The notes beneath the pieces were generated by a model that worked only from the letters and a program-made list of their open reading frames with translations, was not told where the DNA came from and did not search any database. A DNA stretch of 64,000 bases from an uncultured Fibrobacteraceae bacterium (GTDB lineage Bacteria > Krumholzibacteriota > Krumholzibacteriia > LZORAL124-64-63). Each line of letters starts with the position of its first letter. Within the stretch, counting starts at the first letter, position 1. Below are positions 21,951-31,222 of the stretch, piece after piece. A program made the position numbers and the translations under genes. Location: contig CAYLMM010000008.1 in NCBI GenBank assembly GCA_964384825.1, positions 3,462 through 67,461 of the forward strand, in the 5' to 3' direction.

Positions 21951-24251
21951 TCAATCCGCAGGCCGCAGCTTGGCCAGCCGGGCCAGGAAATGACGCCGGT
22001 CGCCGCCGGGGAAATCGACCGCCACCTGGATGTTCTCTCCGCCGCCCTCGACCCTCGCGATCACCCCGCGGCCGAACTTGGGATGCATCACCGCCTGGCC
22101 GGCCCGGAACACGACCTCTTCCTGGGAGAAATCCGCGGCGAAGATCGAGGCCGCGCCGGATCCGGAATCGCGCGCGGCGGCACGGCCCGCGTCGCCTCGT
22201 CCGCCGGTCTTGCGTCCGGTCTTTCCGCCGCGACGATGCTCGCCGTCGCGCCACAGCAGACCCGGCCTGCCGGCCGGACCATGGAGGAAGCTGTCGAGGT
22301 TCGCGGCCGTGGCCGTCTGCTCGCCGATCCGCTCGACGACCTCGTCGGGCAGCTCCTGCAAAAACCGCGACGCGACGCACAGCACCCGTTCGCCGAAGCG
22401 CCGCCGGGAGCGGGCGTGCAGCAGGTGCGCACGCTTCTCGGCCCGGGTCAGGGCCACGTAGAAGAGCCGCCGCTCCTCCTCCAGCGCGGGGGGATCGTCG
22501 AGGTTCGAGACGTGCGGCATCAGTTCCTCTTCGCAGCCGACCACGATCACCACGGGAAACTCCAGGCCCTTGGCGGCGTGGATGGTCATCAGCCGCACCA
22601 GGCCCTCCTGGTCGGTGATCGTATCCGCGTCGGCCACCAGCGCCACCTGCTCGAGGTACTGCGCCAGGGTGCCGCCGTCGGACTGCTCGTCGAAGGCGTA
22701 GGCGCCGGTGATCAGTTCCTGGACGTTTTCGCTGCGGTCCTTGGCCGACGTGGGATCGTCCTGCTCCAGGTAGCCCTCGTACCCGACCTCGGTCATGATC
22801 CGCTCGATCAGCTTCGGCACCGGGCCGCCCGCCTCGGCCTCCGTGCGCCAGGCCGCGACCATCCCGAAGAAATCGCGCAGGCGCTTGCAGGCCGATCCCG
22901 CGAGGCGCCGTTCGAGCACGCCGGGCAGCCCTGCGGTCTCCCCCAGCGACAGCCCTTCCTCGGCGGCCAGCTCCGAAAGATGGCCGATGGTGGCGTCGCC
23001 GATGCGCCGCTTCGGCACGTTCATCACCCGCAGCGCCGAGATCGCGTCGCTCGGGTTGTTCACCAGCTTCAGGTAGGCCAGCAGGTCGCGCACCTCGCGC
23101 CGCTGGTAGAAGGCCGTGGCGCCGACCACCTGGTAGGGCAGCGAGGCCCGCCGCAGGGCGTCCTCCAGCACGCGGGACTGGGCGTTGGTCCGGTAGAGCA
23201 CCGTCACGTCGCCGCGCCGCATCCCGCCCGCGACCTCCTCGCGCACGATCTCGACCACCCGCGCCGCCTCGTCCTCGTCGTCGCCCACCATCTCCGAGCG
23301 CAGCGGATCGCCCGCCCCGTCGGCGGTCCACAGGTTCTTGCCCTTGCGCTTCTCGTTGTGGGCGATCACGGCATTGGCTGCGGCCAGGATGTTGCCGGTG
23401 CTGCGATAGTTCTGCTCGAGGCGCACGACCCCGGCGCCGCGGAAGTATTCCTCGAAGCGCAGCATGTTCTCGATGCAGGCCCCGCGCCACGAGTAGATCG
23501 ACTGGTCGTCGTCGCCGACGGCGAAGACGTTGCCGTGGTGCGAGCCGAGGGCCTTGATCAGCACCATCTGCAGCTTGTTGGTGTCCTGGAACTCGTCGAC
23601 CAGCACGTGGCGGAAGCGGCGGGCGTACTTCTCCAGCACCTCGGGCGAACGCTCCAGCAGATGGACCGTCCGCAGAATCAGGTCGTCGAAGTCCAGGGCG
23701 TTGGCGCGGCGCAGGGAATCCTCATACGCGGCGAAGACCTTGGCCGCCTTCTCCTCGCGGAACTCGCCTGCCTCGGTCGCGGCGGCCTCGGGCGCGATGT
23801 CGTTGCTCTTCCATCCCGAGATGAGCGACCGCACGTAGGCCGGAGCGATGGTCTTGATGTCGATCGCCAAATCCTGCATGCAGCGCTTGACCAGCCGCTT
23901 GCTGTCGTCGGTGTCGTAGATCGAGAAGTTCGAGCCCACGCCGACCGCGGCCCCGTCGGCGCGCAGGATACGCACGCCGGTGGCGTGGAAGGTGCCGATC
24001 CAGCGCGGGGCCATGTCGGCGCCCACCAGATCGTTGACCCGCTCCTTCATCTGGCCCGCGGCGCGGTTGGTGAAGGTGAAGGCCAGGATCTCCCAGGGCT
24101 TCGCGCCGCCGGATTCCAGCAGGTACGCGATGCGGGCGGTCAGCACGCGCGTCTTGCCGCTGCCGGCTCCCGCCACCACGAGCATCGGGCCCTCGGGCGC
24201 GGTCACCGCCGCGCGCTGGGCCTCGTTGAGGTTCTTCAACAGGTCCGTCAA
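21951..24251 (-). CDS. pcrA: ATP-dependent DNA helicase PcrA/UvrD
   Basis: AGAGSGKT, FTNRAA, VDEFQDTN, VGDDDQSIY, LEQNYRST, MTIHAAKGLEF, EERRLFYVALTRA, C-terminal HPKFGRG; TTG start. Confidence 0.96.
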   Translation of the reverse strand: MTDLLKNLNEAQRAAVTAPEGPMLVVAGAGSGKTRVLTARIAYLLESGGAKPWEILAFTFTNRAAGQMKERVNDLVGADMAPRWIGTFHATGVRILRADGAAVGVGSNFSIYDTDDSKRLVKRCMQDLAIDIKTIAPAYVRSLISGWKSNDIAPEAAATEAGEFREEKAAKVFAAYEDSLRRANALDFDDLILRTVHLLERSPEVLEKYARRFRHVLVDEFQDTNKLQMVLIKALGSHHGNVFAVGDDDQSIYSWRGACIENMLRFEEYFRGAGVVRLEQNYRSTGNILAAANAVIAHNEKRKGKNLWTADGAGDPLRSEMVGDDEDEAARVVEIVREEVAGGMRRGDVTVLYRTNAQSRVLEDALRRASLPYQVVGATAFYQRREVRDLLAYLKLVNNPSDAISALRVMNVPKRRIGDATIGHLSELAAEEGLSLGETAGLPGVLERRLAGSACKRLRDFFGMVAAWRTEAEAGGPVPKLIERIMTEVGYEGYLEQDDPTSAKDRSENVQELITGAYAFDEQSDGGTLAQYLEQVALVADADTITDQEGLVRLMTIHAAKGLEFPVVIVVGCEEELMPHVSNLDDPPALEEERRLFYVALTRAEKRAHLLHARSRRRFGERVLCVASRFLQELPDEVVERIGEQTATAANLDSFLHGPAGRPGLLWRDGEHRRGGKTGRKTGGRGDAGRAAARDSGSGAASIFAADFSQEEVVFRAGQAVMHPKFGRGVIARVEGGGENIQVAVDFPGGDRRHFLARLAKLRPAD

Positions 24252-24269
24252 GTGATTCTCCGTGGGCGT

Positions 24270-27200
24270 CTAGAACTCCGGGCCGATGCTGAAGTGGAAG
24301 ACCGTCCCGCCGACCCGTCTGAGGTCGGTCCTGCGGGCCCAGTCGAACTTCAGGGGCAGGAAACCGATGCGGGTCCTAATACCAAATCCGTAGTCGCCGC
24401 GCAAGTCGCGCAATCCCCAGTCGCCGTTCCGGTCGCGGCCCCAGGGCTGCAGATCCCCCTCCCAGGCCGCGCCGAGATCGAAGAACAGCGTGCCTCCGAT
24501 CGGGCCGATCCCCCAGCGCCCGGGCCAGCCGAAGATCAGCGCATCGAACAGCGGCAGGCGGTATTCGAGGTTCAGCATGGCCATGCGCGGGCCGGCCAGG
24601 TTGTCCTCGGATTCGTAGTCGTAGAAATCGTAGCCGCGCAGGGTGAAGGGTCCGCCGAGCACGAAATATCGCGGGTCGGCCCCCTCGCTCCAGGCTCCGG
24701 TCAGCCTCGCGGCAAAGGTGTTCCGCCGCCAGGGCAGCCAGTAGCGGCGCCAGTCCACCGCGGCGGTCCGGCGGTCCAGGGTGCTGCCGCCGACCGAGAT
24801 CGCCGGCGCGAAGCTCACCGTCAGGCGGCTGCCGACCACCGGCCCGAAGGATCCGTAGTAGGAGCTGTCCTGAACGTACGACAGGCTCGGCCTCAGCAGG
24901 CGATGGGACGACTTCTCCCCCTCGACCAGGAAGGTGTTGGTCGGATCGGGTTCGTAGAGGGTGCGCTCGGAGGTCAGGGCCTGCAGCTCGAAATCGAGCC
25001 GTCGGAACGTGCTGAACGGGTAGCTGGCGATGCCGAAGACGCCGTAGTTGCGCTCGCTGAAGTAGGCGTCGTCGGCCAGCAGTTCGCCCACCGAGGTGAA
25101 GGCCGAGTTGTAGTAGTTCTTGTAGTGGAAGGCGCCGAATCCGTAATCGATCCGGTGCTTGAGCATGAAGTACGACGCGGCCAGGTCGCTGTTGTCGATC
25201 GACCCGTAGAAGTTCACCAGGAAGCTCAGGCGGCGGTCGCCGAGCAGGTCGCTCAGGGTGATGACGTTGGCCATCCCCAGCCCGACCGACGAACTGAAGT
25301 AGACCGCCCCGCCCCCCAGCGCCCGGCTGGCGTCGACCGAGAACCGCGCGCCGTAGGGCTCGACCTGTCCGACATCCTCGGGATCGTCGATCCGTCCGGG
25401 CGGCAGCGAACGCTCCGGCGGCGACGGCGCAGACACGACCACCGGATCGGGCTGCTCGCCGCCGGGCCGGCGCCGCGACCACTCCGCATAGCCGTCGACA
25501 GCGAACAGGTCCCAGCCGCCCTGCTGGAAGGCGGTGAAGATCAGCCGGTCGGCCCCGGGGGCGTACGAGGGGCGGCTCAGGCCTCCGACCACGTTGGTCA
25601 ACGACCGGACGCCGGCGACCCGGGACGCGGTCGAATCCAGATCGACCCGCGCCAGGTTGGCGATGCCCGACCGGGTCTCGACCACGCACAGCGAGGCCGC
25701 TCCGGTCCAGACCGGTTCGCGCCACTCCCCCTCGGGCGGCTTCAGCGCCGTGCGGCCGCCTCCGCTCACGTCGAGGATCACCAGTTCGCGGGGCGCCGAA
25801 CCGATCCCGTCCCGGCGGGGATCCTCGCGGAAGCGGGCCCAGAGCAGGCGGCGGCGGCCTTCGGGATCGATCTCGAATTCGAAGTCCACCTCGGCGCGGG
25901 CGTCGCGGACGAAGGCCAGGCGCGATCCGTCCGGCGACCAGGCCGGATCCGACTCGTCGCCCACGTCGTCGGTCAGCCGCAGCATCGCCGCGCCGCCGGG
26001 CAGCATCTGCGGCTCTCCCACCCGCGCGGCGCCGTCGTCCCGCCCGTCGAGATCCACCAGGTACAGATCGGTGCGGCCGTTGCGCGTGCCGGCCAGCGCG
26101 ATCCGCGAACCGGCGGGCGACCAGGCCGGGAACCGCGCCACGTCCAGCCCCAGCTTCAGCGACCGCGTCAGCTCGCCCCTGCGGACATCCATCGTGTGCA
26201 GGGTCTCGTGGTTGCCGCTGCGGGCGATGAAGGCCACCTCGCTGCCGTCGGGCGAGAAGCTCAGGCTGCTCTGGAAGCCGTGCAGCGATTCGAAGCGGTC
26301 GGCGCGGGCGCCGCGGGCCAGGCGCCGCAGCTGCTTCCCGTCCAGGGCCGACATCAGGAAGATGGCCGGCAGGCCTTCCTTGTCGGAGAAATAGGCCACC
26401 GTCTCGCCGTCGGGCGAGAGGACGCCGCGCTGGCTGTAGCCGATCATCTGGTCGACGTGGTCGGTCAGCCGCCGCGCCACGTCGGCCGGCTCCTCGAGGC
26501 TGCCGTAGGCCGCCCAGTAGCGCGAGCGCAGCCACGAGGCGTACCGGCGGTCGAACTCCTCCATGTCCAGGCCCAGGGCGCTGTCCAGGGCCCGGCGCAT
26601 GTTGCGGGTCCGGCCGACCAGCCTCCACAGATCGACCAGCTTGCGATCGCCGTAGACCTCCGAGATCATCCGCATCGCCGCCTGGCCCTGCTTGTAGACC
26701 ATGAAGCCGCCGGTCTGCTCCAGGGGCCACAGGTAGTCGTGCAGCGTCGCGTCGCGGATGTACATGTCGGCCTCGGCGTCCCAGCCCGACGAGAACCATT
26801 CGGCCGTGCCCTCGGCGAACCACAGCGGGATGTTGAAGAACGGCATGTAGGACGGCGTCTTTTTCAGGCTGCCGTAGGCGGAATCGAACATGAACATGTG
26901 CACCAGCTCGTGCCGGATGACGTGCACGAACTGCTCGTGCGATCCGTTGTAGGGCAGCACCATCCGGTTGCGCAGCGGTTCGGAGAATCCGCCGGTGCCC
27001 TCGCCGATCAGGGAGTCGGAGATGTTGGTCTGGGCGAAATCGCCGTGCGAGGCGTAGAGGATGAACGGGACCCGCGTCTGGAGCTCGTGCTCGAGCCGGT
27101 CGGCGTATTCGCGGTAGGCGCGTTCGGCGATGATGCTGGCGCGGACGGCCAGCTCCTCGCTGCCGTCGTAGTGATGGATCTCGAAATGGGGAGTCGTCAG

Positions 27201-27347
27201 GACCTTCCACTGCAGGTCCTTGGTCTGGACCTTGTTGCGGCCGAAGGCGCGGGCGGCCGTCGGCAGAAGCGCGCAGGACGCGAACGCCAGCACCACGAGA
27301 ACCGCCCCGGCGAGGCGTCCGGCGATGGCGGCGCGGCGGGCCTTCAT
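24270..27347 (-). CDS. Omp85-family outer-membrane protein: N-terminal zincin (HExxH), TolB/PD40 beta-propeller, C-terminal barrel; no POTRA recognised
   Basis: Signal peptide then FGRNKVQ. HELVH (26898-26912) followed by PLWFAEGTAE. Repeats SPDG/WSPAG/WSPDG/YAPG. Barrel motif TLRGYD and C-terminal FHFSIGPEF. Confidence 0.88.
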   Translation of the reverse strand: MKARRAAIAGRLAGAVLVVLAFASCALLPTAARAFGRNKVQTKDLQWKVLTTPHFEIHHYDGSEELAVRASIIAERAYREYADRLEHELQTRVPFILYASHGDFAQTNISDSLIGEGTGGFSEPLRNRMVLPYNGSHEQFVHVIRHELVHMFMFDSAYGSLKKTPSYMPFFNIPLWFAEGTAEWFSSGWDAEADMYIRDATLHDYLWPLEQTGGFMVYKQGQAAMRMISEVYGDRKLVDLWRLVGRTRNMRRALDSALGLDMEEFDRRYASWLRSRYWAAYGSLEEPADVARRLTDHVDQMIGYSQRGVLSPDGETVAYFSDKEGLPAIFLMSALDGKQLRRLARGARADRFESLHGFQSSLSFSPDGSEVAFIARSGNHETLHTMDVRRGELTRSLKLGLDVARFPAWSPAGSRIALAGTRNGRTDLYLVDLDGRDDGAARVGEPQMLPGGAAMLRLTDDVGDESDPAWSPDGSRLAFVRDARAEVDFEFEIDPEGRRRLLWARFREDPRRDGIGSAPRELVILDVSGGGRTALKPPEGEWREPVWTGAASLCVVETRSGIANLARVDLDSTASRVAGVRSLTNVVGGLSRPSYAPGADRLIFTAFQQGGWDLFAVDGYAEWSRRRPGGEQPDPVVVSAPSPPERSLPPGRIDDPEDVGQVEPYGARFSVDASRALGGGAVYFSSSVGLGMANVITLSDLLGDRRLSFLVNFYGSIDNSDLAASYFMLKHRIDYGFGAFHYKNYYNSAFTSVGELLADDAYFSERNYGVFGIASYPFSTFRRLDFELQALTSERTLYEPDPTNTFLVEGEKSSHRLLRPSLSYVQDSSYYGSFGPVVGSRLTVSFAPAISVGGSTLDRRTAAVDWRRYWLPWRRNTFAARLTGAWSEGADPRYFVLGGPFTLRGYDFYDYESEDNLAGPRMAMLNLEYRLPLFDALIFGWPGRWGIGPIGGTLFFDLGAAWEGDLQPWGRDRNGDWGLRDLRGDYGFGIRTRIGFLPLKFDWARRTDLRRVGGTVFHFSIGPEF

Positions 27348-27356
27348 GACGTCCTC

Positions 27357-30300
27357 CTAGTACTCGAAGCGATACTTCAGGTCGACGCTGTAGGTCGTGT
27401 TGCCAAGCGCCTCGTCCCGGCGGCTGCTGATCTCCGACTGCAGCAGCAGATGGTTGGAGATCTGGTATTCGACCAGGAAGTCCCGGTCCGGATCGGTCAA
27501 CGCCTGGGCGTACTTGATGTACAGGTCGCGCCCGATGTACTTCCCGACCCCGATCAGGGTCTGGGTCGTGCCGTCGACGCGCTCGCGGCCGCCCTCGATG
27601 TCGAAGGTGTCGACGACCTCCAGCTCGGTGGCGATCTCGCGCTCGAGCATGTTGAACCCGGCCGCGACCGAGGCCGTCTGCAGCCCGGCGGTGGTCTGGG
27701 TGTCGGTGGCGTAGGGCGAGAGCCCCAGCAGCATCCGCTCGATGTTGCTGCGGGCGTAGCCGCTCTCGGAACGGAAATCCACCACCGGCCGGCTCACCGA
27801 TCCGGTGACGTCGACGTAGATCTTCTCCAGGCGCCGCGTGCCTCCGTCGTAGGAAGGCAGCCGCACCTGCGTCTCGGCGGTCATGTCGATCCTGGGGATG
27901 ACCCCCACTTCGCGGCTGAAGTCCAGGGCGCCCCGGGTGACCCGGAAATCGTTGTTGAAGACCGGCAACCGGCCGGCGTCGATGTTCATCGAGCCGCGCA
28001 GGTACAGGCCCTCGAGGTCGCGCACCAGCCGCGCGTCCCCGCCCAGGTAGAGCTCCATCGCCTTGTTCACGATCCGGCACGTGCGCGGCGCGGCGGTCAG
28101 GTGCAGGTCGGCCAGCCAGTCCGGCGCGACCGTTCCGGCCAGCGGATCGCTCACGCCCGCCTTCTCCGAGAAGTCCCCGGTGTAACGGGCCTCGATCACC
28201 TCGGCGGCGCCGGAGAAGCGCGGAGCGATCAGGCTGTCGGGGCCCACCTTCACGCCGCTCAGACGCAGGTCGGACGAGCGCACCAGCGCCCGCAGGTCGG
28301 GGATCGAGGCCACCAGGAACCGGTCCGCGGCCAGACGCAGGTCGAAGCCGTCGAGTTCCAGGCCGTCGAAGCGGACCTCGCCGTCGCCGCGGAAGGTGCC
28401 GCGGGCGCCCTCCCGTCCCTCGATGCGCGTGATCTCCAGCACGTCACCGCGCCATTCGGCGTCGATCGAGACGTCGCGGTAGATCTCGCCCAGTCCGCGC
28501 AGCACGCAGTTCCCGTCGCGCACCGTCGCCCGTCCCGAATACCGGGGATGCGAGGCCGGCCCGGCGATCACCAGATCCAGGCCGCCCCGGCCGCCGCTCT
28601 CGATGAAGGCGTTGGTCATCGTCGTCATGGCCGCGAGGTCCGATCCGTCCGGGATCGTCACCCTCATGTAGAGGGGTCCCTCGGGAGGCGAGACGGGTTC
28701 GGAGAGGAAGTCGATCCGCAGGGGGATCTCGATGCGGCCGTCGAGCGGGGTAGCGCCGCGCCGTCCCTCGAGGCCCGAGAGCACAAGCTGCCCTTCGCCG
28801 TAGGCCAGGCGGCCCGACAGCTCGTCCAGATGCGCCCAGTGGATGTCGAAGGGCGCCGAGACCACTTCCCCGGAGATCTCCGGCTGGTCGGTGGTGCCGC
28901 CGATCCCCAGGTCGGCGTCGAAAACGCCGGCGATGCGGTCCAGGGCCGGCACTTCGAACTGGTCGATGAAGGACCAATCGCCCTGCGCGACGCCCAGCTC
29001 CAGGTCGAGGGCGGCCCCGGGCCAGAAATCGCGCCAGCTAGCCCGGGGATGGGAAATCGTCCCGGCAACCGAGACCCGCCCCCGGCCGGTCAGCAATTCC
29101 AGATGGTCGATCGTCACCGTCCCGCCGTGCAGCAGGGCGTCGACCGACAGCGAATCGATCCGGGCCAGGGGCAGCGGGCAATCCACCAGATCGGCCGTGA
29201 CGTCGATCAACGGGTCGTCCGGCGAACCCGCGAGGCGGAAATCGGCGGTGACCCGGCCCGAAAGCCCGGATTCGAGATCGACGAAGGGGTTCAGCAGCGC
29301 CAGATCCAGATCCCGGCACCGCACCGCGCCGTCGAGACGGGCGGCGGGCCGGTCGGAGATCAGGCCGCAGGAGATCGATCCCCGCTCCGAGCTCAGGGTG
29401 ACGTCCTCGACCGAGACGACGTCGGGCGAGATCGCCAGGCGCAGGGCGTCGTCGAGGGACCAGGCCGTGCCCTCGAGGTTCATCTCCAGCTCCGGCACGT
29501 AGCAGGCGGTCAGGCTGTCGCTGAACGTGGCCTGGCCGCGGAAGGCGACGATCGTGTCCCCGCGGGCCGAGCGGAAGGAGTGCAGGCGGGCCACCTCGTC
29601 GGTCGCCACGCCGGACGCCCGGAAATCGCCCAGGTCCACCTCGGCGACCGTGAGGCCGGCGCCCGCGGCGTCGAAGCCGACCTTGGCCCGGCCCAGAGCG
29701 TCCTCGACCGTGAAGTCGATCCGGCAGGTGTCCGCGTGCAGCGGCGACATGTCGGCGCCGAGCAGCACCGCCTCGCCCCGCAGATCGAAGACCTCCTGCT
29801 CGCCGGTCAGCGCGCCGCCGCCGACCAGCCGCCCGGTCAGCGGCGGCAGGTTCCAGCTCGCGGGCAGGCGGGACAGATCGTCGGCGACGACGGTCAGCTC
29901 GCCGGCGAAAGCGCCGTCGGGATCGCTGGCGCCGGTGACCAGGGCCTCGCCCGCGGGCATCCGCAGACCCAGCCTGTTGAAGCGCACCCCGTCGTCGGAG
30001 GCCTCGACATCCACCCAGCAGGTGTCGAAGGGCACGACCGAGACGCGTCCGTCGGCCAGCCAGCCGCTGACCATGGTGTCGTTGGTGCGGTCGCGGCGCC
30101 AGAGCTCCATCCAGCCCCAACCGTCGGTCTCGGGCAGGCCGGGCGCGGGCACCAGGCCGGTCGAGATGTCCACGTCCGAGACGTCGCCGGTCAGTTGGAA
30201 GACCACGTCGTCGGTGTCGCGCAGATCGAACCATCCGGAGCCGTCGAAGAAGGCCCCGTCGATCCGGCCCCGCATCCGCGACCAGTCCAGGCTGCCGGGA

Positions 30301-31208
30301 ACGAGCTCGGCCATGCCGCTGAAGCCGACGATCCCGAATCCCTCGAGCTCGCCGTCGAAGAGCACGTCCATCGCCAGGGTGTCGGAACGGGAGAGGAAGT
30401 CCATCTCCAGGTCGCCGCGGGCGGTGAACCCGATGTTCATGTCGATGAGGTCCTCGATCTCCGAGACGCGGACGTCGCGGCCGCGGACCGACAGGGCGAG
30501 CCGTCCGTCGTGGTAGCGGCTGCCGTCTGTCTGGATCGGCGATTCGTTCAGCAGAAGGGAGGCGTGGCTGAAGCCCACCCTCTCGTCGTCGAGGGAGAAG
30601 ATCCCCTGCAGGTCGCGGATCCGGACGTCGCGGGTCTCCCAGAAGATGTCCGAGGATTCGCTGACGACCGTCAGCACCGAGTCCGAGGCCACCGAACCGG
30701 TCCAGTCGACCCGGGGCAGCCGCTGCTTCAGCCGGCCGTACGGCCCCGAGACCTCGCAGAACGACCGCGTCACCTCGACGTGGTCGATCGTCACCCGGGG
30801 CGGCCGGAAAGGAACGCCGGGCTCGGCATCGGCGTCCTCTTCGACCGGACGGCCGCGGCGGGCGTGGATCTCGACGCCGCGCAGCGACACGCCCCGCAGC
30901 CGCAGCGGGCCGCGCAGCAGTTCGCGGGGCTTGTAGTCGACGACCATCGTGTCGACCGCGACCAGCGCGGTCGCCCCCCGATCGCCGCGCAGGGTCAGCG
31001 CCACGTCCATCAGTTCCATGTGGCCCAGGATGTTGCCGCGGAAGTCGCGGATGCGCAGATCGCCCGCGCCGTCGCGCAGCAGGTGCCGGGTGAGGATCTT
31101 CGAGATCTGGGGCGCCAGCAGGACCGGATGGGTCGCAACCCAGGCCACCCCGCCCAGCAGGATAAGCCAGGCGAGGGGTACGGCCCAACGATGCAGACGG
31201 TCCAGCAC
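27357..31208 (-). CDS. tamB: Translocation and assembly module TamB (DUF490/AsmA-like)
   Basis: N-terminal membrane anchor, long beta-rich body, C-terminal PxIDMTAE...VDVTGSVSRP...GVGKYIGRDLYIKY...VEYQIS...VDLKYRFEY. Confidence 0.88.
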   Translation of the reverse strand: MLDRLHRWAVPLAWLILLGGVAWVATHPVLLAPQISKILTRHLLRDGAGDLRIRDFRGNILGHMELMDVALTLRGDRGATALVAVDTMVVDYKPRELLRGPLRLRGVSLRGVEIHARRGRPVEEDADAEPGVPFRPPRVTIDHVEVTRSFCEVSGPYGRLKQRLPRVDWTGSVASDSVLTVVSESSDIFWETRDVRIRDLQGIFSLDDERVGFSHASLLLNESPIQTDGSRYHDGRLALSVRGRDVRVSEIEDLIDMNIGFTARGDLEMDFLSRSDTLAMDVLFDGELEGFGIVGFSGMAELVPGSLDWSRMRGRIDGAFFDGSGWFDLRDTDDVVFQLTGDVSDVDISTGLVPAPGLPETDGWGWMELWRRDRTNDTMVSGWLADGRVSVVPFDTCWVDVEASDDGVRFNRLGLRMPAGEALVTGASDPDGAFAGELTVVADDLSRLPASWNLPPLTGRLVGGGALTGEQEVFDLRGEAVLLGADMSPLHADTCRIDFTVEDALGRAKVGFDAAGAGLTVAEVDLGDFRASGVATDEVARLHSFRSARGDTIVAFRGQATFSDSLTACYVPELEMNLEGTAWSLDDALRLAISPDVVSVEDVTLSSERGSISCGLISDRPAARLDGAVRCRDLDLALLNPFVDLESGLSGRVTADFRLAGSPDDPLIDVTADLVDCPLPLARIDSLSVDALLHGGTVTIDHLELLTGRGRVSVAGTISHPRASWRDFWPGAALDLELGVAQGDWSFIDQFEVPALDRIAGVFDADLGIGGTTDQPEISGEVVSAPFDIHWAHLDELSGRLAYGEGQLVLSGLEGRRGATPLDGRIEIPLRIDFLSEPVSPPEGPLYMRVTIPDGSDLAAMTTMTNAFIESGGRGGLDLVIAGPASHPRYSGRATVRDGNCVLRGLGEIYRDVSIDAEWRGDVLEITRIEGREGARGTFRGDGEVRFDGLELDGFDLRLAADRFLVASIPDLRALVRSSDLRLSGVKVGPDSLIAPRFSGAAEVIEARYTGDFSEKAGVSDPLAGTVAPDWLADLHLTAAPRTCRIVNKAMELYLGGDARLVRDLEGLYLRGSMNIDAGRLPVFNNDFRVTRGALDFSREVGVIPRIDMTAETQVRLPSYDGGTRRLEKIYVDVTGSVSRPVVDFRSESGYARSNIERMLLGLSPYATDTQTTAGLQTASVAAGFNMLEREIATELEVVDTFDIEGGRERVDGTTQTLIGVGKYIGRDLYIKYAQALTDPDRDFLVEYQISNHLLLQSEISSRRDEALGNTTYSVDLKYRFEY

Positions 31209-31222
31209 GGTCGCGTCCTCCC

